IMG/VR virus record: IMGVR_UViG_3300025012_000056
Length of the DNA stretch: 64,000 nucleotides
From: a virus
Reading direction: 5' to 3' (one strand)
The notes beneath the pieces are model-generated. The model did not search any database, was not told the origin of the DNA, and saw only the letters and a list, made by a program, of their open reading frames with translations. The position numbers and the translations under genes are program-made. This document shows, piece by piece, positions 10,303 through 18,906 of this stretch (its first letter is position 1; each line of letters opens with the position of its first letter).

Positions 10303-10968
10303 ATGAAAACAATTTATTTAAGAGACGAACAGTATAATTGGAAAGAACATGAATATGAAGTTCTTTCTGATTTGAAGAAAGAGTTTGAGAGACTTAATAT
10401 AGAAGTGGGTGAAGGGGCAAAAGTGGGTGAAGGGGCAAAAGTGGGTGAAGGGGCAAAAGTAGGCACACGGGCAGAAGTGGGCGCATGGGCAGAAGTGGGC
10501 GCATGGGCAGAAGTAGGTGAAGGGGCAAAAGTAGGCACACGGGCAAAAGTAGGCACACGGGCAGAAGTGGGTGCATGGGCAAAAGTGGGTGCATGGGCAG
10601 AAGTGGGTGAAGGGGCAAAAGTAGGTGAAGGGGCAAAAGTAGGCACACGGGCAAAAGTAGGCACACGGGCAGAAGTGGGTGCATGGGCAGAAGTAGGTGA
10701 AGGGGCAAAAGTAGACACACGGGCAAAAGTAGGAATTGCTAATGCGATGTTCGCTTTAAATTTATATAAATATGCAACATCAGCATATATGGGAAAAGAT
10801 GGTGAAGAAATGATTCAATTAGGCTGTTGTCTTCGTACTCGCCAAGAATGGGACGCTGATTTTTGGAATAACCCTAATGAATTCACAAATCCGGAGGTGC
10901 CAGAATCAAAAGCCAGAATGAATGCATTTAAGGTCGCTTGTTTCTTTCTTGATTCTTTAAAGTCGTAA
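10303..10968 (+). CDS. Hexapeptide-repeat (left-handed beta-helix) protein
   Basis: 18 tandem [K/E]VG(EG/TR/AW)A-type units flanked by unique N- and C-terminal domains. Confidence 0.8.
   Translation: MKTIYLRDEQYNWKEHEYEVLSDLKKEFERLNIEVGEGAKVGEGAKVGEGAKVGTRAEVGAWAEVGAWAEVGEGAKVGTRAKVGTRAEVGAWAKVGAWAEVGEGAKVGEGAKVGTRAKVGTRAEVGAWAEVGEGAKVDTRAKVGIANAMFALNLYKYATSAYMGKDGEEMIQLGCCLRTRQEWDADFWNNPNEFTNPEVPESKARMNAFKVACFFLDSLKS
10402..10734 (+). repeat. 18-bp coding tandem repeat, 18 full units plus a partial one
   Basis: Units such as aaagtgggtgaaggggca, aaagtaggcacacgggca, gaagtgggcgcatgggca read directly. Confidence 0.95.
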
Positions 10969-11060
10969 ACATTTTCACAAAAACAAAGTTATAATAATTC
11001 AAACAAACAATTAAATACAAATTAGAACCTTATGGTGTAAAGGTCAACCACATTAAAAAT

Positions 11061-12275
11061 ATGGCTACAAAATTAAGCAAATCGCAAATCGCCGAGCTGG
11101 CTAAATTGGAAATCACAAAGGTGATGACCGTTGAAGAAGCTACTAAGATCCTTATTAAAAAATTGAAGGTATTTGATGTGACTGACGTTGAAAAAGATCC
11201 GATTGATGACCTTATCAGTATGTACGAGGCATTTTTTGATGTTGATGCTGGTGTTGAGGAAGTTGAAGAAGCCGAAGAGCCTGTTGAAGAGGAAGAAACA
11301 GAGGAGGAAGCGGAAGAAGGTCTTGATCTTTCCACTCTGGATCGCAATGCGTTGAAAGCGTACATTAAAGAAAATGCCCTGGAAGTCAAAGTCACGACCA
11401 AAATGACCGATGAAGACATTCGGGACGCAATTATTGCAGCGGTCAATCCTGAAGAGGAAGAAGCTGAAGAAGAAGTTATTGAGGAAGGTCCGACCAAGAA
11501 AGCGAAAGCTGCTACCGCCAAGATCACTGGTTCCGGTTGGGACAAGGAAAATGAGACTCATATGAAAATGCTTGAACCTTTTAAGAAATTGTTTAAGGGA
11601 ATTACCGGTATTGTTTTCAACCTGATCTCTTCAGGCATTACCGTGTTCGTTGAGTTGAAGAATGCAAAGAAATCAATCGTGCGTTTTTGTGACCTGCGTG
11701 TTGATGGTAAGAACTTGGTGGGTTCCTTGGATTTCACGGTCTTCAGTCATGATCTGAAGTCGGCTGAGGCGTTTCTTGAACCGTTTGAAGTTGAAATCAA
11801 GAATTATGACAACCGTTTGCCTCTTGTAAAACCCATAACGATGGTCACTATCGCTGAAATTCTTACTCCTGAAAACATTGCCGAATTGGTTGCGAAATTG
11901 GAAGGTGCTGATAAAAAATTGGGGGCTAATAAAGCGAAGTTGGATGAGAAGATGACCAGCAAAAAAGGAAAAGCTGAAGTCGCTGAGGAAGTTGAAGAAG
12001 AAGTGGTCGAAGGTGAGGATCCCTTGGGACTTAATGATATGGATCGCAATGAGTTGAAGAAGCTCATCAAAGACAGCGAACTGGATGTCAAAGTCACGAC
12101 CAAAATGACCGATGAAGACATTCGTCAGGCGATCAATGACGCTTCAGTGGAAGAAGTCGAGCTGGAAGTTGAAGAAGAAGTGGAGGAGGTTGAAGAACCG
12201 GAAGTGAAAAAACCAGCCGCCAAGAAAGTCGCGCCAGCTGTCCCTGCTAAGAAGGTTGTTGCGAAGAAAAAGTAA
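11061..12275 (+). CDS. Highly acidic protein with two copies of a ~35-aa helical module and a Lys/Ala-rich tail
   Basis: DRNxLKxxIK...VKVTTKMTDEDIR occurs twice; Glu-rich linkers; more GC-rich codons than neighbours. Confidence 0.75.
   Translation: MATKLSKSQIAELAKLEITKVMTVEEATKILIKKLKVFDVTDVEKDPIDDLISMYEAFFDVDAGVEEVEEAEEPVEEEETEEEAEEGLDLSTLDRNALKAYIKENALEVKVTTKMTDEDIRDAIIAAVNPEEEEAEEEVIEEGPTKKAKAATAKITGSGWDKENETHMKMLEPFKKLFKGITGIVFNLISSGITVFVELKNAKKSIVRFCDLRVDGKNLVGSLDFTVFSHDLKSAEAFLEPFEVEIKNYDNRLPLVKPITMVTIAEILTPENIAELVAKLEGADKKLGANKAKLDEKMTSKKGKAEVAEEVEEEVVEGEDPLGLNDMDRNELKKLIKDSELDVKVTTKMTDEDIRQAINDASVEEVELEVEEEVEEVEEPEVKKPAAKKVAPAVPAKKVVAKKK
11385..12124 (+). repeat. 38-bp exact direct repeat (11385-11422 and 12087-12124)
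   Basis: gtcaaagtcacgaccaaaatgaccgatgaagacattcg present twice, encoding the duplicated module. Confidence 0.9.
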
Positions 12276-12301
12276 TTTAAGAAGATTCAAAGTTATTTTA
12301 A

Positions 12302-12326
12302 GGGAGTCCGCTGGGCTCCCTTTTTT
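12302..12326 (+). terminator. Rho-independent terminator
   Basis: gggagtcc-gct-gggctccc hairpin followed by T6, downstream of the 11061 gene. Confidence 0.85.
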
Positions 12327-12450
12327 ATTCTCTTCAATGTAGAAAGGTGGGGAGAATTTGTTTTTGAAACAAAGTTAATACTATATACTGTAATTGGGTG
12401 ATAATTGAAGAGAAGTAAGAATAAGCGGTAAAAATTAAAATAACAATTTC

Positions 12451-13665
12451 ATGATTAACAAAGATGGCGGAGTATGTGTTACGGATAATTTCTCATCAGA
12501 ATATCCGTTGCTGAACCAGTTCTTAGTGGATAATGGTAAGGAACAAAAAAGTCGGTATGGGGATACAAAGGAATTAATTGATTTCAAATTAGTTATTAAA
12601 GATCCTTTGAAAAGATGTGTAGGAGGTTTTGGGAGAGACACTAATATCTTCTTTTTACTTGCGGAAGCATTGTGGATATGGGCGGGAAGAAGTGATGTTG
12701 AATTTCTTACTATATTTAACAGCCGGATGAGTGAATTTAGCGATAACGGTCAAACATTTCATGCACCTTATGGATTCAGATTAAGAAAATATGGTAATAA
12801 TTCTGATTCTCCTGGAGATGTTAGTTTGGATCAAGTTGCAAAAGCTATTGAGATGTTAGCTGAGAATCTTGATGATAGAAGAGTTGTTATGGGGATTTGG
12901 GATCCCTTTTTGGATTTGGGCGTTAAAAGTCTTGATTTGCCCTGTAATGACTTGGTATTTTTAAAAATAAGGGATGGGAAACTTATAACAACCATAGCGA
13001 ACAGAAGTAATGATATTGCTTGGGGCTTGGGAACCAATGTCTTCCAATTTAGTTTTATTACAGAATTAATGGTTCATTGTATAGGGGATGTTGAGTTGGG
13101 AACACAAACCCACAATATTCAAAGTCTTCATTATTATTTGAATAATTCCATTACAGATGAAGTTGTAAAGAATTGGTGCGGAGAAGTTATGAATGATTTG
13201 TATGATATCGTTAAGTCAGTTCCGTTTGATTTTAATCATTATGAATTTGTAGGGAAAGGAAAAACATATAAGGATAAGCTGGGGAATGTGGATGAAACTG
13301 TAAAAAGAATAATAAAGTTTTTGTTATATAATTATAAGACTGGTGATAATGATTATTATTTTGAAAGAGATCATGAATCTATTTGTAAAATTAGTGTGAA
13401 ATTGGGAAAGATATTTTATTTGTTGTATAAATTTATACAACGCAAGAAAATGTTAGATAAGGATGCTGACGGAGCCACCTGGAGAGCTATTCAAGATATT
13501 TCAAATCATACTCTCCCAGACGATTATACATATTTAGCATTAAATTGGCTGATAAAACGAATAAAGAATAAGAATTTGAAGGAAGATGCTGTTGTTTTTG
13601 TAGAAAAAATGTTGAGCGAAACGCTGTGTTATGCCGGTAAGGATTTCTTTTTGGGACGCATGTAG
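12451..13665 (+). CDS. Thymidylate synthase homolog, probable dUMP hydroxymethylase
   Basis: TS motifs LAEALWI, YGFRLR, RRVVMGIWDP, catalytic DLPCN, RSNDIAWGLGTN. The terminal Asn aligns with E. coli ThyA N177 (dUMP specificity). Confidence 0.75.
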   Translation: MINKDGGVCVTDNFSSEYPLLNQFLVDNGKEQKSRYGDTKELIDFKLVIKDPLKRCVGGFGRDTNIFFLLAEALWIWAGRSDVEFLTIFNSRMSEFSDNGQTFHAPYGFRLRKYGNNSDSPGDVSLDQVAKAIEMLAENLDDRRVVMGIWDPFLDLGVKSLDLPCNDLVFLKIRDGKLITTIANRSNDIAWGLGTNVFQFSFITELMVHCIGDVELGTQTHNIQSLHYYLNNSITDEVVKNWCGEVMNDLYDIVKSVPFDFNHYEFVGKGKTYKDKLGNVDETVKRIIKFLLYNYKTGDNDYYFERDHESICKISVKLGKIFYLLYKFIQRKKMLDKDADGATWRAIQDISNHTLPDDYTYLALNWLIKRIKNKNLKEDAVVFVEKMLSETLCYAGKDFFLGRM

Positions 13666-13751
13666 AGCTTTTGCGTCCCATGTTTTCTTATTGCAGTCAA
13701 GTAAATCTCCAAAGTTAATAAAAAGACAGCGAGAATTAAGAAAAATTGGTT

Positions 13752-16700
13752 ATGGACGAATTATTAAGAGAATGGTTAACTGAGGAGAAAATTGATTTTC
13801 TTTACAAGGAGAAATTCATTCAAATTATTGGACAGGGTATTTACTATCTTTTGAAGTACAAAGAGAAGGTCATAAATAAGGATTTTCTACTGGAAATAAC
13901 TGACGAAGAATGGGAAGAGATATATGATTGTGAAGCTAATTTTGTCATTTTCAGATTCGGCGGTCAATACTATTACAGTGCGATCAATAAGGAGAAGGAA
14001 ACTTGGAAAGTTCCAGTAAAGTTTGAAGATCTACGACATATTGGGAAAGCCAAACAAGACTTTGATTATGATTTTGTGAACCTTGGAGTTCATTCAGAAT
14101 ATGAGCTTTTGAATGGATCAAGAAATATGAAGAGTTGGGCGAAGAAAGCATTATTCTTGAATCATATAGGATTGGGAATATGCGATAAAAATACATTAGC
14201 TGGTATTGTGGCATTTCAAATGGAATGCGAGGAAAAGAAATTAAAATTTGTTATTGGAGAGACCATAACAGTCTTATACGATAAGTTGACGGAAAATGAG
14301 ACATATGAGTTGAAATTATATGTAAAGAATGAAGAGGGTTGGAAAAATTTGTTAATGATTAACAAGGCAATCAATATTGATAACAGCGGATTCATTAAGG
14401 AGAATGATCTTTTGAAATATTCTGAGGGATTGATATTGATATTTTCCAAAGAGAGTATTGTTAATAATAAGGAACCAAATGTTTGTAAGAGATATATTTT
14501 GTTGTATCGAAAGTATTTTGATCGTTGTTTTTACCAGATAGATACAGTTGTCTATGAAGGATTAGATTATGAAAAACAAAAATTGTTGGGATTAAAACAA
14601 TATTTTAATGAACTTTGTAATTTAGTTGAGCCAATTTTGATAAATGATTGTTATTATCTGGATAAGAGGGATAGTAATGTGAAAAGAAGATTGAATAAGG
14701 TTGCGGGAAAGTCACAACCAGTCAGCAAGAGTCAATACTATAAGAATTTGGATGACTCCATTTCTTTGTTAGGAGAGTTGTTTAAGGGAGAAAAAAAATA
14801 TAAAAATGGAGAAACTTATTACGAATTGTTAGTTCGGATGATTGGTAATACGGTTGAATTAGCAAACAGTTGCTCTTTCAGGATTGATATTGGTAATTCA
14901 AAACTTCCTACTTTTGAGAGCGGTCAAGATAATAAAGAATTATTTGAAGAAATAATTGCAGAAGGTTGGGAATTAAAGGTTCAAGGAAGGGCTGATGAAG
15001 TTGTTTATATGGCGAGATTGGAACGAGAAATGAAAGTTATTGAAGACAATAATTTTATTGATTATTTTCTTATATTGTGGGATGTGGTGAAGTGGGCTAA
15101 AAATAATCAAATATTGGTGGGGAATGCGAGAGGAAGTGTGGCGGGAAGTTTGGTGGCTTTTTTGTTAGATATTACAACTGTTGATCCAATAAGGTTTGAT
15201 CTTTTGTTTGAGAGATTTATGAACGAAACAAGGTTTTCAAAAGAAAGAGCAGCCTCTCAAGATAATCTTCCCGATATAGATTTGGATTTTCAATCATCAA
15301 AAAGGGATAAAATTAAGGAATATTTTGAAACAAAATACGGTTCAAACTATACAGCGTCTGTTGGAACATTCACGAAAATGCGATTAAAAGGAGTCATTAA
15401 AGATTTTGGAAGAGAGGAACATAATTTGAATTTTACTTATTTGAATTATATTACTTCTATGTTTAATGATTGGGACGAACTATATTGGGAAGATTTGTTT
15501 AAGGTCGCCATTACAGAGAACAATGAAAAGCTAATTAAATTTATACAAGAAAATTTTGATTTAGTTAATGATTTGAAGTGCGCTGTTAATCAAGCGAGGG
15601 CAGCATCAGTTCATGCTTCTGCATTATTATTAGTTCCAAAAGTTTTTTATAAGGGACAAAAATTAAATATTTTTCAGCAAGTTCCTGTTAGAAAAATCAA
15701 GGAGAAAGGAAAGGATGTATTAATAACTGAATGGGAGGGAAAGTATGTTGAGAGGGCTGGCTTTCTTAAGGAAGACATATTGGGAATAACGCAGTTGGAT
15801 AAGTTTGATATGATGATTAAACTTATTAAGAGATACAAGAATAAGGTCATTGCGCTGGACGATATACCTTTAGATGATGAAGAAGTTTACAAAATATTTC
15901 AGAAGGGACATAATGAGGATGTATTTCAATTTGGTACGCATGGTATAAAGAAATATTCAAAATTAGTTAAACCAGATAATATTGAAGATTTAATAGCTAT
16001 GAATGCTCTTTATCGCCCAGGACCAATAGGATCTAAAGCGCATTTGGACTATGCAGAAATAAAACATGGAAGAAAGAAGGTTGTTTATGATTATGGTCTT
16101 AAGATAGTAACAGAAAAAACATATGGTCTTTTTGTGTACCAAGAACAAATTATGCAAGCCACTATGGTTCTTGGAAATCTTTCAGCCGCAGAATCGGATA
16201 CGGTCAGAACAATTATTAAGCATTTTTTGCGTGAGAAGATGGAATTATATGAAAAGAAATTTATACAGGGGGCGATAAAAAATGGTTGTGGGGACTTGGA
16301 GGCAGCAAAAATTTGGAAAAAACTTCTCTTGTTTTCGGAATATGGATTTAATCGTTCTCACAGTTGTGCATATGCTATTATGGCGTATCAATCACAGTGG
16401 CTCAAATGTCATTATCCTCTCGAATTTTATACGACAGCTTTTTCCTTTGGTGATAAGGATTATGATATTCCAAATATCATTAATGAGATCAATCAACGCA
16501 AGATTAAAATCAAAATCAACCCACCAGACATAAATGAGTCTCAATACAGTTTCAGCTGTGATCCCAATATAAACACAATCTATTGGTCTTTGATAAGTGT
16601 GAAAGGAGTGGGCGAGGCAACAATTAAAGCATTATTTGCAGTAAGGAAAGAAGGGAAATTCAAGAGTTTGAAAGACTTTATTGACAGAACAGCTGGGAGA

Positions 16701-17273
16701 GGCGTTAAAAAGAATATTGTAGAGGTATTGATACTTGCGGGATGTTTTGATATCATAGAAAACATTAAAGACGAAAGACAAAGAAAAAAATTGTTAGAAG
16801 AAGCATACAAACAAAGTAACACAACTTTTCCAGAAAAATATAGTGAGAGCAAGTACAATAGAAATTATAGTTGGATATTGTTGCAGAAAGAAGTGGCAGG
16901 ATTTGGTCAATTGAATTTTGAGGAGATATTGAACGCATACGACCGCCGTCTTTCAAGGTTATATCTTTCAGCCGAAAGTTTTTTAACTGGTAAGAACAAC
17001 TTTAAACAAGGCATTGTTGTTGGGTTTTTGACTTCTATAAGGGAACGGAAAAGCAAGAGAGGGAAGTTTGCTGAATTAGTGGTGCAAAATAATTATGAGA
17101 CTTTGTACGTTACAGCGTGGTCGGATATATACGGTGAAAATAAAAAGCAATTGGAGAAGATTAAAAAAGAAGAGACATTGTTTGCTGTTACCGGCAAGAT
17201 AAAATATGATGATTACAAGGGATTCAATGTTTTATATACCGACACAGAACATACAAAAATAATAGAATTATAA
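13752..17273 (+). CDS. dnaE: DNA polymerase III alpha subunit (family C)
   Basis: PHP motif GVHSEYELLNG, GNARGSVAGS, PDIDLDF, FLKEDILG, FNRSHS, C-terminal OB fold. ATG at 13752 preferred over TTG at 13746. Confidence 0.95.
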   Translation: MDELLREWLTEEKIDFLYKEKFIQIIGQGIYYLLKYKEKVINKDFLLEITDEEWEEIYDCEANFVIFRFGGQYYYSAINKEKETWKVPVKFEDLRHIGKAKQDFDYDFVNLGVHSEYELLNGSRNMKSWAKKALFLNHIGLGICDKNTLAGIVAFQMECEEKKLKFVIGETITVLYDKLTENETYELKLYVKNEEGWKNLLMINKAINIDNSGFIKENDLLKYSEGLILIFSKESIVNNKEPNVCKRYILLYRKYFDRCFYQIDTVVYEGLDYEKQKLLGLKQYFNELCNLVEPILINDCYYLDKRDSNVKRRLNKVAGKSQPVSKSQYYKNLDDSISLLGELFKGEKKYKNGETYYELLVRMIGNTVELANSCSFRIDIGNSKLPTFESGQDNKELFEEIIAEGWELKVQGRADEVVYMARLEREMKVIEDNNFIDYFLILWDVVKWAKNNQILVGNARGSVAGSLVAFLLDITTVDPIRFDLLFERFMNETRFSKERAASQDNLPDIDLDFQSSKRDKIKEYFETKYGSNYTASVGTFTKMRLKGVIKDFGREEHNLNFTYLNYITSMFNDWDELYWEDLFKVAITENNEKLIKFIQENFDLVNDLKCAVNQARAASVHASALLLVPKVFYKGQKLNIFQQVPVRKIKEKGKDVLITEWEGKYVERAGFLKEDILGITQLDKFDMMIKLIKRYKNKVIALDDIPLDDEEVYKIFQKGHNEDVFQFGTHGIKKYSKLVKPDNIEDLIAMNALYRPGPIGSKAHLDYAEIKHGRKKVVYDYGLKIVTEKTYGLFVYQEQIMQATMVLGNLSAAESDTVRTIIKHFLREKMELYEKKFIQGAIKNGCGDLEAAKIWKKLLLFSEYGFNRSHSCAYAIMAYQSQWLKCHYPLEFYTTAFSFGDKDYDIPNIINEINQRKIKIKINPPDINESQYSFSCDPNINTIYWSLISVKGVGEATIKALFAVRKEGKFKSLKDFIDRTAGRGVKKNIVEVLILAGCFDIIENIKDERQRKKLLEEAYKQSNTTFPEKYSESKYNRNYSWILLQKEVAGFGQLNFEEILNAYDRRLSRLYLSAESFLTGKNNFKQGIVVGFLTSIRERKSKRGKFAELVVQNNYETLYVTAWSDIYGENKKQLEKIKKEETLFAVTGKIKYDDYKGFNVLYTDTEHTKIIEL

Positions 17274-17304
17274 TTGGTGAAAAAATAAAAAGAAGGAGAA
17301 TAAT

Positions 17305-17940
17305 ATGGTAAGAATGTTAGAAAAAATTTTAAAAGAAAAAAGTTTTGATATTTTTTATAATTTAAATCGTTGGAATGGTAGTCGTGTTGTAAATAGGGAA
17401 TCTGTAGCCGCACATTCGTATTTTGTTGTTTTTGTTGTAAGAATAATGGTTGAATATTTGTTTGTTGAGGACAAAGATAAGTTGAGATTGACAGATAAGG
17501 CTATGTTGCATGATTTTGACGAAACATATGATTTTGACATAAATCATAAAATTAAACACAATGATTGGAACGGAAAACAAATAAGAGATTGTATTGATAT
17601 GTATTGCAATTTTATGTTTGATAAAGATTTTCCAGAAGATTCATGGCTAAGAAGAGTTTTCAAGAAAGAAGGAATTTATGCCCTCAAGGATGAATTGGAC
17701 TCTGCAATAATTAAGATCGCTGATTGGTATAGCTGTATATTTTATTTAAGAAAAGAAATAGGGATGGGAAATAAACAATTAATGGAAGAATATGGGCGAT
17801 CCTTAATAGGCTTCAAGAACAGTTGCCAATTATTGGAAGATATTTCTTCAGGATTCAATCCAGATCAATTAAACAAAGAATTCATTGGAGAATTAATACA
17901 ATATTCACAAAATTTAATATCAGAAAATTATGTCGGATAA
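17305..17940 (+). CDS. HD-domain nucleotidase (YfbR/DatZ-like)
   Basis: RESVAAHSY, AMLHDFDE and KIADW motifs. Confidence 0.8.
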   Translation: MVRMLEKILKEKSFDIFYNLNRWNGSRVVNRESVAAHSYFVVFVVRIMVEYLFVEDKDKLRLTDKAMLHDFDETYDFDINHKIKHNDWNGKQIRDCIDMYCNFMFDKDFPEDSWLRRVFKKEGIYALKDELDSAIIKIADWYSCIFYLRKEIGMGNKQLMEEYGRSLIGFKNSCQLLEDISSGFNPDQLNKEFIGELIQYSQNLISENYVG

Positions 17941-18376
17941 GGATGTTTATTTGGTAAAAATTAACAAGCAAGTTGACTCTGATTGGTTAGTGCCTTATAT
18001 TGGTAGAGAATTGCATGTGACTACATATAATGGAGCATATTGGAAAATTAAATCATTGGATGAATCATTGGATGGTAGAACATTTTCAAAAAGTTGTGCT
18101 ATTGTGATTAAAGAAGAATCAAGGGATTATGACTTTGTTAATCACCCTCAACATTACAAAAATTATTCTGTTGAAGTCATTGATATGATTGAAAGAATAT
18201 GGGGAGTAGAAGCAACCATTCATTATTGTGAGGGGAATGCTTTAAAATATCGTATGCGTGCGGGAACCAAACCAGGCATATCATTGGAGCAAGACTTTGA
18301 AAAGGAGAAATGGTATTTAAACAAAGTTAAAGAATTAAAACAAAAATTAATTTGTATAGGACAAGAAAATAAATAA
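17930..18376 (+). CDS. DUF3310-like protein
   Basis: VNHPQHY...IDMIE...GNALKYRMRAGTK...DFEKEKWYL pattern. Confidence 0.75.
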   Translation: MSDKDVYLVKINKQVDSDWLVPYIGRELHVTTYNGAYWKIKSLDESLDGRTFSKSCAIVIKEESRDYDFVNHPQHYKNYSVEVIDMIERIWGVEATIHYCEGNALKYRMRAGTKPGISLEQDFEKEKWYLNKVKELKQKLICIGQENK

Positions 18377-18380
18377 TAAA

Positions 18381-18902
18381 ATGGAAAAAATAACAGTTAA
18401 TTTGGGCGAAAGGGTGCTAACAATATCGGTAGATTTATTTGCAGACGATATTGATGTTGACAAATTATTAAAAATTGATTACCAGTCGCTCATAGCAGAG
18501 GTTGCCACCTTCCCGGTCATATTAAATAGGTTCGGTCTCTTGTTAGCGCAAATGAATAACAGGAAGAATGAGGTCGAATTGGGTTATCGTATATTTAAAG
18601 CCAAGATACGTGAAGAGGCCAGAATTTATTATGAGAATAAAGGTATTAAATGGACTCTTGATATGATTGATTCCTATCAGCGAAAGAGCCCAGTATATCG
18701 TGCAAAGAGCACCCAAGTTAATAATGTAAAAAAGGAACAAGAGATGATTAATAGTATCTATTGGGCTGCGAAGGCAAAAGCAGATATTCTTCAAAAGTTG
18801 TCTCTTACAATACAACCAGGAGATATTGATTTGAAACAATTAATAAAAACATATAATGGAATTACAATAAAATCACAAGACGTATTAATAAAAAACAAGT
18901 AA
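18381..18902 (+). CDS. Helical protein, possibly a UvsY-like recombination mediator
   Basis: 173-aa coiled-coil-like ORF just upstream of SSB and RecA; assignment mainly from context. Confidence 0.45.
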   Translation: MEKITVNLGERVLTISVDLFADDIDVDKLLKIDYQSLIAEVATFPVILNRFGLLLAQMNNRKNEVELGYRIFKAKIREEARIYYENKGIKWTLDMIDSYQRKSPVYRAKSTQVNNVKKEQEMINSIYWAAKAKADILQKLSLTIQPGDIDLKQLIKTYNGITIKSQDVLIKNK

Positions 18903-18906
18903 AACA

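Noticed and set aside
10402-10734. CRISPR array or DGR variable region
   Set aside because: Units are contiguous 18-mers with no unique spacers and are in frame in a CDS; no cas, RT or adenine-specific TR/VR pair was seen.
11028-11055. tRNA-like fragment (tatggtgtaaaggtcaaccaca)
   Set aside because: Resembles a D-arm but has no anticodon arm or T-arm; more likely a small 5' UTR hairpin.
12451-13665. T4-type dCMP hydroxymethylase or cytosine modification
   Set aside because: The specificity position is Asn rather than Asp, and the accessory genes are of the hmU type.
17305-17940. 2-aminoadenine (Z) genome inferred from a DatZ-like HD protein
   Set aside because: No PurZ or MazZ in the window; HD nucleotidases are generic. 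It cannot be excluded for the rest of the genome.
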